Below, one piece after another: positions 1-10,303 of a stretch of DNA of 64,000 nt. The notes beneath the pieces are model-generated. The model was not told the origin of the DNA. It saw only the letters and a program-made list of their open reading frames with translations, and searched no databases. Positions within the stretch are counted from its first letter, which is position 1, and each line of letters begins with the position of its first letter. Both the position numbers and the translations under genes were made by a program. Source of the DNA: Faecousia sp. (GTDB taxonomy: Bacteria > Bacillota > Clostridia > Oscillospirales > Oscillospiraceae); contig JAZOME010000022.1 of the NCBI GenBank assembly GCA_045653685.1, forward strand, positions 21,770 through 85,769. The letters are read 5' to 3'.

Positions 1-2
1 TC

Positions 3-599
3 CACGCCAGTGTGCTGCCTTGCTACCGTGGCTCAGCACCTTATCAGTGGGCAGTGCTGGACGGCTTGACCCAAACCGGTGTTACAGCAATGTACCTTTG
101 CAGAGAAATGGATGCCGGTGATATTATTGATATTTCTGAAACACCCATTGGTCCGGAGGAAACTGCCGGGGAGCTGCTGGACAGGCTGGCAGTGCTGGGT
201 GCGGACTTGCTGAGCAAAACCCTCACAAAAATCGAAAACGGCACAGCTACCGCAACAGCTCAGGATTGCACAAAGGTGAGCTTTGCGCCTATGTTAGACA
301 AGTCGATGTGTCCCATTGACTGGAATAAAACAGCCCAGCAGGTGCATAATCACGTCCGGGGTATGAACCCCTGGCCTGTGGCAACTGCAGAAATTCAAGG
401 GCAGAAGTTTAAGATTTACACCACCGCTTTGGTAGAAGGTTCTGTCAATGCTGCGCCGGGGGAAATTTTAGCGCTGACAAAAACCGGCTTGCAGATTGCT
501 TGCGGTAGCGGCGCTGTGGAAATCCGTGTGCTTCAGGCAGAGGGCGGAAAGCGTATGGCTGCGCCGGATTATTTCCGGGGACACCCCTTGAAGCTATGA
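3..599 (+). CDS. fmt: Methionyl-tRNA formyltransferase (5' end cut by window edge)
   Basis: HASVLPCYRGSAP, MDAGDI and RGMNPWP motifs; directly upstream of rsmB. Confidence 0.95.
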   Translation, partial: HASVLPCYRGSAPYQWAVLDGLTQTGVTAMYLCREMDAGDIIDISETPIGPEETAGELLDRLAVLGADLLSKTLTKIENGTATATAQDCTKVSFAPMLDKSMCPIDWNKTAQQVHNHVRGMNPWPVATAEIQGQKFKIYTTALVEGSVNAAPGEILALTKTGLQIACGSGAVEIRVLQAEGGKRMAAPDYFRGHPLKL

Positions 600-1906
600 T
601 AAGCGGACGAGATACGGCACTGAATGTGCTGATAGCCTGCCGCAAGGACGGCGCTTGGGCAAACGGTGTGCTGAAAGAATATGCACAAAAGGATAATTTG
701 GATGCCCGGGAAGCGGCTTTGGCAGCAAGACTTTGCTACGGCGTACTGCAAAACCGCTACAGACTGGACTTTTATCTGAAACAGCTCCTGACCGGTAAGC
801 TAAAGAGCTTGCACCCCGTTCTGCGGGATATCCTCCACTTGGGGCTATACCAGCTTTATGAAATGGATAAAATTCCGGAATCCGCTGCGGTGAACGAGGC
901 AGTGCGCCAGGCAAAAACCTATTGCAAAAAACAACAAAACGCCTCAGGACTTGTCAATGCAGTGCTTCGCAATGCCGTGCGCAGGGAAGATACTCTGCAA
1001 AAGCCGCAAACCCTGGAGGACAGATACAGCCATCCCCAAGGTTTAATCAATTTGCTCACAGCCTATGTGGGCGAGGACCGGGTAGAGTCTATGCTCCGGG
1101 CAAACAATGCGCCTGTGGCTGTGGTGGCTCAGGTCAACACGCTGAAAACCACTTCTGCAGAGCTGAAAAAGCAACTGGAAGGGGAGGGCGTTACATCGGA
1201 AGACCACCCTTGGCTGAAGGATTGTTTGATTTTATCCGGGACCGGTAACCTGGAAAAGCTGGAAAGCTTCCAAACGGGGCTTTTCTATATCCAGGATGCT
1301 GCTGCCAAGCTCAGTGTTTTGTGTGCCGGGGTAAAGCCCGGGGATGAGGTGCTGGATTGCTGTGCAGCTCCCGGCGGAAAGAGCTTTGCCGCCGGTATTC
1401 AGGGGGCAAAGCATATCATTTCCTGCGATATCCACCACCATAAAATCGGCCTTATAGAAGCCGGTGCCCAGCGTTTGGGACTGTCCAACCTGACAGCCCA
1501 GGTGCAGGATGCCTCCTTGTATTGTCCGCAGTGGGAGGCGAAAATGGATGTGGTGCTGTGCGATGTGCCTTGCTCCGGTTACGGAATCATCCGGAAGAAG
1601 CCGGATATCCGCTATAAAGACCCGGACACTATGCAACAGCTACCACAACTTCAGTTGGAAATTCTGACAAACCAGGCCCGGTATGTAAAGCCCGGCGGAG
1701 TGCTTCTGTACTCCACCTGTACCTTGGTGCGCCGGGAAAATGAGGGTGTTGTGGAAAAATTCCTAAAGAAAAACCCGGAGTTTACTTTGGAAAACCTAAG
1801 TTTACCCGATAATTTTTCGGAAAAGGAAACACCAATGCTGACTTTAATTCCGGGAGAATACGACACAGACGGCTTTTTCATCTGCCGCCTGCGGAGAAGA
1901 AAATGA
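596..1906 (+). CDS. rsmB: 16S rRNA m5C967 methyltransferase RsmB/Sun
   Basis: NusB-like N-terminus, DCCAAPGGKS, DVPCSG, YSTCT motifs; ATGA overlap with fmt. Confidence 0.95.
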   Translation: MISGRDTALNVLIACRKDGAWANGVLKEYAQKDNLDAREAALAARLCYGVLQNRYRLDFYLKQLLTGKLKSLHPVLRDILHLGLYQLYEMDKIPESAAVNEAVRQAKTYCKKQQNASGLVNAVLRNAVRREDTLQKPQTLEDRYSHPQGLINLLTAYVGEDRVESMLRANNAPVAVVAQVNTLKTTSAELKKQLEGEGVTSEDHPWLKDCLILSGTGNLEKLESFQTGLFYIQDAAAKLSVLCAGVKPGDEVLDCCAAPGGKSFAAGIQGAKHIISCDIHHHKIGLIEAGAQRLGLSNLTAQVQDASLYCPQWEAKMDVVLCDVPCSGYGIIRKKPDIRYKDPDTMQQLPQLQLEILTNQARYVKPGGVLLYSTCTLVRRENEGVVEKFLKKNPEFTLENLSLPDNFSEKETPMLTLIPGEYDTDGFFICRLRRRK

Positions 1907-2937
1907 AAGAACATCTAAAATCTATGACCCAGGCGGAGCTTTCTCAGGTTCTCAAGGAGCTGGGACAGCCTGCCTTCCGGGCAAAGCAGGTATATACCTG
2001 GCTGCATAAGGGTATCCGAAGCTATGAGCAGATGACCAATCTACCCAAAGCCCTTCGGGATACGCTGCAGGAAAAATATCCGTTAAATATTCCTCAGGTG
2101 GTTCGTAAGCAGGAAAGCGCCAAGGATGGCACCATAAAATATTTGTGGGAGCTGTCGGACGGAAACTGTGTGGAAACGGTTTTAATGCGCTACCATTACG
2201 GCAATACTGTCTGTATATCCACCGAGGTGGGCTGCCGAATGGGCTGTGCTTTCTGCGCATCCACCCTGGGAGGCTTGGTGCGGCGGCTGGAGCCTTATGA
2301 AATGCTGGACCAGGTGCTGTTTACCCAGGTGGATTCCGGCCTGCCGATTTCTCATATTGTGCTTATGGGCATTGGAGAACCTCTGGATAATTTCGACAAT
2401 GTTATGCGCTTTTTGGAGCTTGTGAACAGTCCCGATGGTATGAATATCTCTATGCGCCACATCAGTCTTTCTACCTGCGGCCTTGTGCCGGGGATTGACC
2501 GGCTGGCGGAGAAAAAACTGCAGCTAACCTTGTCTGTTTCTCTCCACGCACCTACTGACGAAATCCGTAATACCATTATGCCGGTGAATAAGGCCTATCC
2601 CACAGAGGAGCTTTTGCAAGCATGCCGTCGATACTACGAAAAAACCGGCCGTCGGATTTCCTTTGAATACGCAATGATTAACGGGGTCAATGATACCCCG
2701 GAGGCGGCCAGGACCTTGCTCAGGAGACTGAAAGGTCTGCCGGCGCATATGAATTTAATCCCTCTGAACCACGTGGAGGAAAGTCCCCTAAAGCCCAGCA
2801 CCCGTCAGGCAGTGCAGACTTTCCAAAGCATTTTGGAGGAGGGAGGAATACCTGCCACTGTCCGCAGAACCCTGGGCAGTGACATTGATGCTTCCTGCGG
2901 ACAGCTTCGCAGGAAATATACCCAGCAACAGGGGTAA
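1903..2937 (+). CDS. rlmN: 23S rRNA m2A2503 radical-SAM methyltransferase
   Basis: CRMGCAFC radical SAM motif, MGIGEP, DIDASCGQL. Confidence 0.96.
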   Translation: MKEHLKSMTQAELSQVLKELGQPAFRAKQVYTWLHKGIRSYEQMTNLPKALRDTLQEKYPLNIPQVVRKQESAKDGTIKYLWELSDGNCVETVLMRYHYGNTVCISTEVGCRMGCAFCASTLGGLVRRLEPYEMLDQVLFTQVDSGLPISHIVLMGIGEPLDNFDNVMRFLELVNSPDGMNISMRHISLSTCGLVPGIDRLAEKKLQLTLSVSLHAPTDEIRNTIMPVNKAYPTEELLQACRRYYEKTGRRISFEYAMINGVNDTPEAARTLLRRLKGLPAHMNLIPLNHVEESPLKPSTRQAVQTFQSILEEGGIPATVRRTLGSDIDASCGQLRRKYTQQQG

Positions 2938-2964
2938 CTGTTACCCCAAAAAGGAGTGATACAT

Positions 2965-3696
2965 ATGCAATATTGGGGCATTACCGACCCCGGCTGTGCC
3001 CGGACACAGAATCAGGACGCTTTCCAGGTGGAAAAGCTTGGAAAAAATACGCTTTTGTGTATTGTCTGTGACGGTATGGGCGGTGCAAAATCCGGAAATG
3101 TGGCAAGTAACTTGGCAGTGGATGTGTTTGTCCAGGAGGTCAAGCGTACTTGGGTGTCCGGAATGGACGGAGAAAAGATAGACCAAATGCTGAAAAATGC
3201 CGTAAAGCTTGCCAATTTTACGGTGTATGACCAGGCGCAGCAATTTGAGGAGTTCTCCGGAATGGGAACGACATTGGTTGCGGTTCTGATAAACGGAAAA
3301 GATGCCACCATTGTCAATATTGGTGACAGCCGGGCCTACAGCATTAAGTCCGATGGCGTGCGCCAACTGACGGTGGACCATTCCTTGGTACAAATGATGA
3401 TTTCCCGAGGAGAAATTACTCCGGAGCAAGCCCGTTTCTACCCCGGAAAGAATTTGATTACCCGGGCAATCGGCACGGAAACAGTCGTGGAATGTGATAT
3501 TTACCACCGGAAAATGGAAACCGGCGAATGCCTGCTTTTGTGCACAGACGGACTTTCCAATATGGTGGATGAGCAGGAAATGCTGTTTGAAATTGTCCAC
3601 GGTGACGATAAGAAAAGTGGTAGTGAACGGCTTTTGGAGATTGCCAAAAACCGTGGCGCACCGGACAATGTAACCTGCCTTTTGGTGCAGGTCTAA
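2965..3696 (+). CDS. prpC: PP2C-type Ser/Thr phosphatase Stp1/PrpC
   Basis: NQD, DGMGG, NIGDSR, CTDGL, DNVT motifs; AAGGAG RBS before ATG 2965; upstream of PASTA kinase. Confidence 0.93.
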   Translation: MQYWGITDPGCARTQNQDAFQVEKLGKNTLLCIVCDGMGGAKSGNVASNLAVDVFVQEVKRTWVSGMDGEKIDQMLKNAVKLANFTVYDQAQQFEEFSGMGTTLVAVLINGKDATIVNIGDSRAYSIKSDGVRQLTVDHSLVQMMISRGEITPEQARFYPGKNLITRAIGTETVVECDIYHRKMETGECLLLCTDGLSNMVDEQEMLFEIVHGDDKKSGSERLLEIAKNRGAPDNVTCLLVQV

Positions 3697-3721
3697 CCTC
3701 TCGGGAAAGGAGTAACGGAGT

Positions 3722-5923
3722 ATGGATAAATATATTGGCAGACTGCTGGATAACCGCTATGAGATTTTAGAAGTCATCGGAACCGGCGGTATGGCAGTTG
3801 TATATAAAGCTCGCTGTCACAGGCTCAACCGCCTGGTGGCAATCAAGATATTGAAGGACGATTATTTGGAGGATGAGGAGTTCCGCCGCCGTTTCCATTC
3901 GGAAAGTCAGGCAGTCGCTATGCTCAGTCACCCCAATATTGTCTCTGTGTATGATGTCTCCACCTCCATTATGGCGGATTATATCGTTATGGAGCTGATT
4001 GATGGCATCACCTTAAAGCAGTATATGGAGAAGAAAGACGTTCTCAACTCGAAGGAAACCCTGCACTTTGCTATTCAAATTGCAAAGGCACTGGAGCATG
4101 CCCACGGCCGTGGCATTGTGCACCGTGATATTAAGCCCCACAATGTGATGGTGCTGAAGAACGGTTCTGTGAAGGTAACGGACTTTGGCATTGCCCGGAT
4201 GATGTCCAAGGGCAACACCCTGACCAAGGAAGCCTTAGGCTCTGTGCATTACATTTCTCCCGAGCAGGCCAAGGGCGGCCGTGTGGATGACCGTTCAGAC
4301 ATCTACTCCTTGGGCGTTGTGATGTACGAGATGATGAGTGGCAGACCGCCCTATGACGGGGAGTCTCCTGTGGCAGTGGCCATTCAGCATATCAATGGCG
4401 GTGCGGCAATGCCCTCCACCTTAAATCCCAATATTCCCGGAGGACTGGAACAGATTATTATGCACGCTATGGCCCTTGAGCCGGAGAGCCGGTATAATTC
4501 TGCCACCAAGATGCTCAAGGATATGGACGAGTTCCGGAAAGACCCTGGAATGCTGTTTGATTATAACATTCCGCCTTTGGATGAGGTAATCCGTATCAAT
4601 AAGCCTCCGCTGATTCTCAACCCGGAGCCGCCGGTTACTACCGCACAAAAGGTAGAGCAGAAGAAAACCCAAAATCAGCAGCCACGCCGCCGTCCCAATA
4701 GCGGTGCAACGCCTGCTCGCAGAAGGGCGGCTGAAAAGGAGGAGGAACGGCGCAACAATGCGGCAACCATCGCGATTATCTCCTGTTCGGCGGTGATGGT
4801 AATTGCCATTGTGATTTTCCTGGTAGTGCTGTTTAGCGGTCCGGGAGTGGAAAGCCGTTTGGTTGATGTACCCTCCTTGATTGGTCAAACCTATAGTGAG
4901 CTGCAGTCCCATGAGGACTATCAGGTAAAAATCAACGAACAGGTTTTTGACGAGCAGTATCCCGCCGGTCAAATTCTGGATCAAAAGCCTGCCTCCGGTG
5001 AGCAAATGGAAAAGGGCGAGACCATTTATGTTTGGGTCAGCCTTGGTCCGGCACCCCAAATCATTAAGATGCCCAATGTGGTGGACTGGGAGCTGTCTCA
5101 AGCGGAACGGGCGCTGAATAATTTGGGCTTGAAGTTAAAGATCACTGTTTTGGAAGAAAACCACGATACCATAGTCAAGGGCAGTGTGGTTCGCAGTGAG
5201 CCTGCTGCAGACACGGAACTGACGGCTGATCAAGAGGTTACGCTGTATGTAAGTATGGGCGTAGCTTCCAAAACCGGAAAAATGCCCGATGTGATTGACT
5301 ACGATAAGGACACAGCCATTGAAATTTTGGAGGAGCAGGAACTGGATCTGAAAATCGTGGAAGAGCCTGTGTACGATTCCAAGATTAAAAAGGGAAATGT
5401 TGTGCGCACAGACCCGGAGACAGAGGGCAAGCTAACTACAGGTCAGACGGTGAAGCTGTATATCAGCCAGGGTCCCCAGTTAGGAGAAATCCGTAATGTG
5501 CTGGGATTAAGCGTGAATAGTGCTGTAAGCCTTCTAAAAGATGACGGTTTTACTAAATACACCATTGAAACTGTGGAAAGCGCCAAAGCAAAAGACACGG
5601 TAATTGAATTGCGTGACGAAGAAGGTATGCTGCGAGTCGGCGACAAGGTGGATGTCAGCACCACGATTATCATTGTGGTATCCATTGGCAAAACAGAGTC
5701 GTCTGTGGTCACGAAGGATGTGGTGATTAAGCTGCGTGGCAATACCACAGATGGAGCCGACAATCTGACGGTGATCCGGGACGGTAATGTGGTTTTCTCC
5801 GGAGAAATTCTGCAGAATGTAGATGAAATAACTTTAGCTGGACAGTCAGGCTCCGGCACGGTGGAGTATGAGGTTGTCTTTGAAAACGGCGATACTTGGA
5901 CGGAACAGGTGGTCTTTTCTTAA
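3722..5923 (+). CDS. prkC: PASTA-domain Ser/Thr kinase PrkC/PknB
   Basis: GTGGMA, HRDIKPHN, DFGIA kinase motifs, TM helix, repeated PASTA domains. Confidence 0.95.
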   Translation: MDKYIGRLLDNRYEILEVIGTGGMAVVYKARCHRLNRLVAIKILKDDYLEDEEFRRRFHSESQAVAMLSHPNIVSVYDVSTSIMADYIVMELIDGITLKQYMEKKDVLNSKETLHFAIQIAKALEHAHGRGIVHRDIKPHNVMVLKNGSVKVTDFGIARMMSKGNTLTKEALGSVHYISPEQAKGGRVDDRSDIYSLGVVMYEMMSGRPPYDGESPVAVAIQHINGGAAMPSTLNPNIPGGLEQIIMHAMALEPESRYNSATKMLKDMDEFRKDPGMLFDYNIPPLDEVIRINKPPLILNPEPPVTTAQKVEQKKTQNQQPRRRPNSGATPARRRAAEKEEERRNNAATIAIISCSAVMVIAIVIFLVVLFSGPGVESRLVDVPSLIGQTYSELQSHEDYQVKINEQVFDEQYPAGQILDQKPASGEQMEKGETIYVWVSLGPAPQIIKMPNVVDWELSQAERALNNLGLKLKITVLEENHDTIVKGSVVRSEPAADTELTADQEVTLYVSMGVASKTGKMPDVIDYDKDTAIEILEEQELDLKIVEEPVYDSKIKKGNVVRTDPETEGKLTTGQTVKLYISQGPQLGEIRNVLGLSVNSAVSLLKDDGFTKYTIETVESAKAKDTVIELRDEEGMLRVGDKVDVSTTIIIVVSIGKTESSVVTKDVVIKLRGNTTDGADNLTVIRDGNVVFSGEILQNVDEITLAGQSGSGTVEYEVVFENGDTWTEQVVFS

Positions 5924-6814
5924 ATGATGAAGAAACAAACGGGGCGGATTGTCCGTTCCCTCAGTGGCTTTTATGATGTCCAAACCCCGGCAGCAGTGTT
6001 TACCTGCCGGGGTAGGGGCTCCCTGCGCCGAGGCGGTGAAAGTCCCTTAACCGGAGATATGGTGGAAATTACCACAGAAAAAGGGAAGGGAATGGTGGAG
6101 AAGATTCTCCCTCGGAAGAACCGGTTCATTCGCCCTGCCGTTGCCAATGTGGATGCTTTGGTGGTATTTGCCGCCAATGTCAACCCGGTGACAGAGCCCT
6201 TCCTCATAGACCGGGTGGCGGCTATTGCCGGAGACCAGGAGGTTCCGGTGTACATCTGTATCAATAAATGTGACCTGGACCCGGGAATAGATTTAATGAA
6301 GATTTATACCCACGCAGGGTTTCCGGTGATTTGCGCCAGTGCGGAAACCGGCGAGGGCGTGGAGCAGCTTCGGCAGCTTCTTCAAGGAAAGCTGACGGCT
6401 TTTACAGGCAATACCGGCGTGGGAAAATCCAGTATGCTGAACGCCTTGTGTCCGGAGCTTTCCTTAGCAACCGGCGAGGTTTCGGAAAAGCTGGGCAGAG
6501 GCCGTCACACAACCCGCCATGTGCAGCTTTACTGCTTGGACGAGGATACTTATGTGGCAGATACCCCAGGCTTTTCCAGCTTTGATACGGAGCAGATGGA
6601 TGTTCTGCTGAAGGAAAATCTGCAGTATGCGTTTCCGGATTTTGGTGCATACTTAGGTAAATGCCAGTTCCACGATTGCTCTCACCGGAAAGAGCCCTGC
6701 TGTGCGGTTCGTCAGGCGGTGGAGCAGGGGGAGCTGGAGCAAACCCGGTATGACAGCTACCTTCGCCTGTATGAAAAGGCGGAGCAGGTGAAAACTTGGG
6801 AAATTGGTAAGTGA
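5924..6814 (+). CDS. rsgA: Ribosome small subunit-dependent GTPase A
   Basis: NKCDL, GNTGVGKS, GRHTT, DTPG circularly permuted GTPase motifs; C-terminal CQFHDCSH...C zinc site. Confidence 0.96.
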   Translation: MMKKQTGRIVRSLSGFYDVQTPAAVFTCRGRGSLRRGGESPLTGDMVEITTEKGKGMVEKILPRKNRFIRPAVANVDALVVFAANVNPVTEPFLIDRVAAIAGDQEVPVYICINKCDLDPGIDLMKIYTHAGFPVICASAETGEGVEQLRQLLQGKLTAFTGNTGVGKSSMLNALCPELSLATGEVSEKLGRGRHTTRHVQLYCLDEDTYVADTPGFSSFDTEQMDVLLKENLQYAFPDFGAYLGKCQFHDCSHRKEPCCAVRQAVEQGELEQTRYDSYLRLYEKAEQVKTWEIGK

Positions 6815-6824
6815 GGCTATCGTT

Positions 6825-7385
6825 TTGAAAAAGAATAATCAAATTCACAGCCGGGTGCTTTGGCTGACCCGGACGGCAGTGCTGGTGGCGGTGCTGATTA
6901 CCCTGCAGTGGGCAACCTCCGGCACCCAGGCCTTTGCCGGGCAGTATATTACCGGCTCTTTGGTAAATTGCGTGCTGGCAATTAGTGCGCTGTTTGCTGG
7001 GCTGTACAGTGGCCTGACGGTGGCGATTTTGTCCCCCTTCTTTGCGTTTGTGTTAGGCGTTGGCCCGAAGCTTTTGCAGATTGTGCCTTGTATTGCGCTG
7101 GGAAATGCGGTGTTTGTAACCGTGCTGTATTTTTTAGGCAGAAAGGCTGATAAGCTTTGGAAGCAGGGGCTTTGCCTTGCATCAGGTGCGTTGGCAAAGT
7201 TTTTCGTGCTGTATCTGGCAGTGGTGCAGGTGGTGATTCCTGTTTTGGGAGCGCAGCTAAAGGCGCCTCAGATTAAGACATTTACCGCAATGTTCTCTTG
7301 GCCGCAGTTGGTAACAGCACTTTTGGGCGGCCTGTTGGCATTTCTGTTGCTGCCTGTATTGAACAAGGCTATGAAAAAGGTGTAG
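6825..7385 (+). CDS. ECF transporter S component, substrate unknown
   Basis: About 186 aa with 5-6 hydrophobic helices, QYITGSLVN and FSWPQLVTA motifs; probable TTG start 6825 after GAGG. Confidence 0.7.
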   Translation: MKKNNQIHSRVLWLTRTAVLVAVLITLQWATSGTQAFAGQYITGSLVNCVLAISALFAGLYSGLTVAILSPFFAFVLGVGPKLLQIVPCIALGNAVFVTVLYFLGRKADKLWKQGLCLASGALAKFFVLYLAVVQVVIPVLGAQLKAPQIKTFTAMFSWPQLVTALLGGLLAFLLLPVLNKAMKKV

Positions 7386-7411
7386 AGAACTTTTATTCTT
7401 TACACCTTTTC
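7373..7411 (+). terminator. Hairpin, probable intrinsic terminator of the fmt-rsgA-ECF run
   Basis: aaaaggtgtagagaa / ttctttacacctttt inverted repeat spanning the stop codon. Confidence 0.6.
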
Positions 7412-7494
7412 TGTATCTGTGTGCAATTTTCGTAGACAAACCGGGTGCGTTTGTGATATACTTTGGTAAGAAATAAAAACAGTAGGAGAAGACT

Positions 7495-7998
7495 ATGGCT
7501 TTTTCTTTCTTACCCAGCGTGCAGACCGATGCGTTGACGGATATTACTGAAGAATACCTGCAGAAAAAAGGCATTCGCCTTCTGATGATGGATTTTGATA
7601 ATACCATTGTCCCTTACACCACCAATATCCCCACAGAGCAAATGACCAGCTGGTTGGAGACCATGAACCGTTCTTCTATCCAGCTTTGTGTGGTGTCAAA
7701 CAGTAAAAATCAGCGTGTGCAAATTTTTTGCAAGCAATACGGCTTGGATTGTATCACCCACGCAAGAAAGCCCTTTACGGACGGCATTTGCCGATGCTTG
7801 GAAAAATACAATATCCCTCCGGAGGAAAGCGCACTGGTGGGCGACCAAATCTATACCGACACTTTAGGCGGCAACTGCGCCGGCGTTACTTCTATATTGG
7901 TAAAGGCGATTCATAACCATAATATTTGGCTGAAGCTGCGGCACATTGCGGAGCTGCCCTTTATATATCTTGGAAAAATCAGGAGGAAGGGAAAATGA
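7495..7998 (+). CDS. yqeG: YqeG-family HAD IIIA phosphatase
   Basis: DFDNT, VSN, ARKP, VGDQIYTD HAD motifs. Confidence 0.88.
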   Translation: MAFSFLPSVQTDALTDITEEYLQKKGIRLLMMDFDNTIVPYTTNIPTEQMTSWLETMNRSSIQLCVVSNSKNQRVQIFCKQYGLDCITHARKPFTDGICRCLEKYNIPPEESALVGDQIYTDTLGGNCAGVTSILVKAIHNHNIWLKLRHIAELPFIYLGKIRRKGK

Positions 7999-9059
7999 AA
8001 AATTTAGAGAAATATTGCGCATTGTTAGGTGGAGAAATTGACGGCTTGTTGCTGACCAGCCGCTACAGCCGACACTATTTGGCGGAATTTGATATTGCTG
8101 AGGGCGTTGCCATTGTGACCAAAAGTGGCACTCGGTATTTTACAGACAGCCGATACATCGAATCTGCCCAAAATAACATCCAGGGCATAGAGGTCTTGGA
8201 AACGAACCGGGCAAACCCTTATAACAAGCTGATTAACGAAGCCATTGCCCATTTTGGCGTGGAGCGTTTGGGCTATGAGGAAGGGTATCTGACGGTGGCA
8301 GAACTGCAGAATTTTGAAGAAAATCTGCAGGCGAAGCTGATGCCCTGTGGCAGAAAAATCAATCGTCTCCGTGAGGTGAAAGAGCCTTGGGAGCTGGATA
8401 GAATGCGCAAAGCCCAGCAGATTACCGACCGGGCATTTTCGGAGGTTCTGAACCGGGTAAAGTCCGGTATGACGGAGAAACAACTGCAGGCTGAGCTGAT
8501 TTATTCCCTGTATAAAAACGGTGCTGACGGCTTGGCCTTTGACCCCATTGTGGTGTCCGGCCCCAACACCAGCCTGCCCCATGGCGTGGCCACAGACCGG
8601 GTGATCCGGGACGGTGACTTCGTTACTATGGATTTTGGCGCAGCATATCAGGGCTACTGCTCTGATATGACCCGAACTGTGGCAGTGGGCTATGCTACCG
8701 AGGAAATGGAAAAGGTGTATAACACCGTTCTGCAGGCACAGCTTGCAGGTATTGCTGCCACCAAGGCCGGTGTACTGGGTAAGGACATTGACAAGGCGGC
8801 ACGGGATGTGATTGTCGCAGCAGGCTATGGAGAATACTTTGGCCACGGCTATGGTCACAGTATCGGTATGGAGTGCCACGAAGCCCCCAGCCCCAATCCC
8901 TCCGGCAACAGTGTGATGGAAGCAAATATGGTAACTTCTGCAGAGCCTGGTATCTATTTGCCGGGCAAATTCGGTGTAAGAATTGAAGATTTGGTGATTT
9001 TTACTGCCGACGGATGCGAAAATATTACGAAGAGCCCAAAAAACCTGATAATTCTCTAA
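7995..9059 (+). CDS. Xaa-Pro aminopeptidase (M24B)
   Basis: TDSRY, SLPHG, DFGA...SDMTRT, HGYGHSIG, EPGIY...VRIED; ATG 7995 overlaps yqeG stop; usual neighbour of efp. Confidence 0.92.
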   Translation: MKNLEKYCALLGGEIDGLLLTSRYSRHYLAEFDIAEGVAIVTKSGTRYFTDSRYIESAQNNIQGIEVLETNRANPYNKLINEAIAHFGVERLGYEEGYLTVAELQNFEENLQAKLMPCGRKINRLREVKEPWELDRMRKAQQITDRAFSEVLNRVKSGMTEKQLQAELIYSLYKNGADGLAFDPIVVSGPNTSLPHGVATDRVIRDGDFVTMDFGAAYQGYCSDMTRTVAVGYATEEMEKVYNTVLQAQLAGIAATKAGVLGKDIDKAARDVIVAAGYGEYFGHGYGHSIGMECHEAPSPNPSGNSVMEANMVTSAEPGIYLPGKFGVRIEDLVIFTADGCENITKSPKNLIIL

Positions 9060-9076
9060 AAAAATTACAATTGTGC

Positions 9077-9105
9077 TTGCAATTTGGTAAGTTTTGCAGT
9101 ATGAT
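9077..9105 (+). promoter_or_regulatory. sigma-A promoter for efp
   Basis: TTGCAA-N17-TATGAT. Confidence 0.6.
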
Positions 9106-9155
9106 ATATGCGCTAAAGATATGTAAATAAACAACCCAATAGGAGGAAAATAAAT

Positions 9156-9716
9156 ATGATTTCTGTTAGCGATTTCAGAAACGGCATCACCTTTGATATG
9201 GACGGCAAGGTCATGCAGATCGTGGAGTTCCAGCATGTCAAGCCCGGCAAGGGTGCAGCCTTCGTTCGTGTGAAGATGAAGAATGTCATCACCGGCGGCG
9301 TAACCGAAACTACTTTCAACCCCAACGATAAGTACCCCACCGCTTATATTGAGCGCAAGAAGATGGAGTACTCCTACAGCGACGGTGATCTGTACTACTT
9401 TATGGATCCGGAAACCTATGAGCTGGTGCCCATCGACGGCAGCACTCTGGACGACAGCTTCAAGTTCGTTAAGGAAAACGATACCTGCACTGTTATGAGC
9501 TACAAGGGCAATGTGTTCGGCGTTGAGCCTCCCCGCTTTGTGGAGCTGGAGGTTACCTCTACTGAGCCCGGCTTTGCTGGCAACACCGCTACCAACACCC
9601 TGAAGCCCGCTACTGTGGAGACCGGCGCAGAGGTAAAGGTGCCCCTGTTCATCAACGAGGGCGAGAAAATTCAGATTGACACCACCACCGGTGAATATCT
9701 GGGTCGTGCAAAATAA
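9156..9716 (+). CDS. efp: Elongation factor P
   Basis: [12 protein letters not shown] loop, strong AGGAGG RBS. Confidence 0.98.
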   Translation: MISVSDFRNGITFDMDGKVMQIVEFQHVKPGKGAAFVRVKMKNVITGGVTETTFNPNDKYPTAYIERKKMEYSYSDGDLYYFMDPETYELVPIDGSTLDDSFKFVKENDTCTVMSYKGNVFGVEPPRFVELEVTSTEPGFAGNTATNTLKPATVETGAEVKVPLFINEGEKIQIDTTTGEYLGRAK

Positions 9717-9726
9717 GGAGTAAATT

Positions 9727-10206
9727 ATGACTATTTCTGAGAAGGCTGCCTACCTGAAAGGCTATATGGACGGCTTGGAGCTGGACACAGAAAAGCCTGA
9801 AGGCAAAATGATTACTCGCATTGTGGATTTGCTTTGCGATGTTTCCAAGCGTCTGACCGATGTGGAAGAGACCACCATTGCTATCTCCGACGAGCTGGAC
9901 GAAATCGAAGAGGATTTGGACGCCATCGAGGACTTCATTCTGGACGAAGAGGATGAGGACTATGATGACGACGAGGATGACTTCGACGATCTGTACGAAG
10001 ACGATGACTTCGAGGATGATGACTTTGAAGACGAGGGCTTCGACTACGGTGACGAGGATAGCATCATCTATGAAGTTAAGTGCGCCTGCGGCGAAGTAAT
10101 CAACTTTGACGAGGATGTGCTGGAAGAAGGCTCTATGGTGTGCCCCAACTGCGGCGAGCTGTTGGAGTTCTCTCTGGAAGACGACGAAGACGAGGACGAA
10201 GAATAA
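9727..10206 (+). CDS. CD1247-like protein: N-terminal helical domain, Asp/Glu-rich linker, C-terminal Zn ribbon
   Basis: EKAAYLKG N-terminus, long D/E tract, KCACG...CPNCG; directly downstream of efp. Confidence 0.75.
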   Translation: MTISEKAAYLKGYMDGLELDTEKPEGKMITRIVDLLCDVSKRLTDVEETTIAISDELDEIEEDLDAIEDFILDEEDEDYDDDEDDFDDLYEDDDFEDDDFEDEGFDYGDEDSIIYEVKCACGEVINFDEDVLEEGSMVCPNCGELLEFSLEDDEDEDEE

Positions 10207-10216
10207 TTCTCAAAAT

Positions 10217-10254
10217 AAAAGCAGACACGATTTTGAAGTCGTGTCTGCTTTTTT
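10217..10254 (+). terminator. Intrinsic terminator after the efp operon
   Basis: aaaagcagacacga / tcgtgtctgctttt followed by T run. Confidence 0.85.
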
Positions 10255-10263
10255 GCTGCATTT

Positions 10264-10290
10264 ACCCCAGCTTGCAAAGCAAGCTGGGGT
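10264..10290 (-). terminator. Hairpin downstream of the mreB-like gene
   Basis: accccagcttgc-aaa-gcaagctggggt perfect 12-bp stem. Confidence 0.65.
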
Positions 10291-10303
10291 GATCTATTTC
10301 ACA

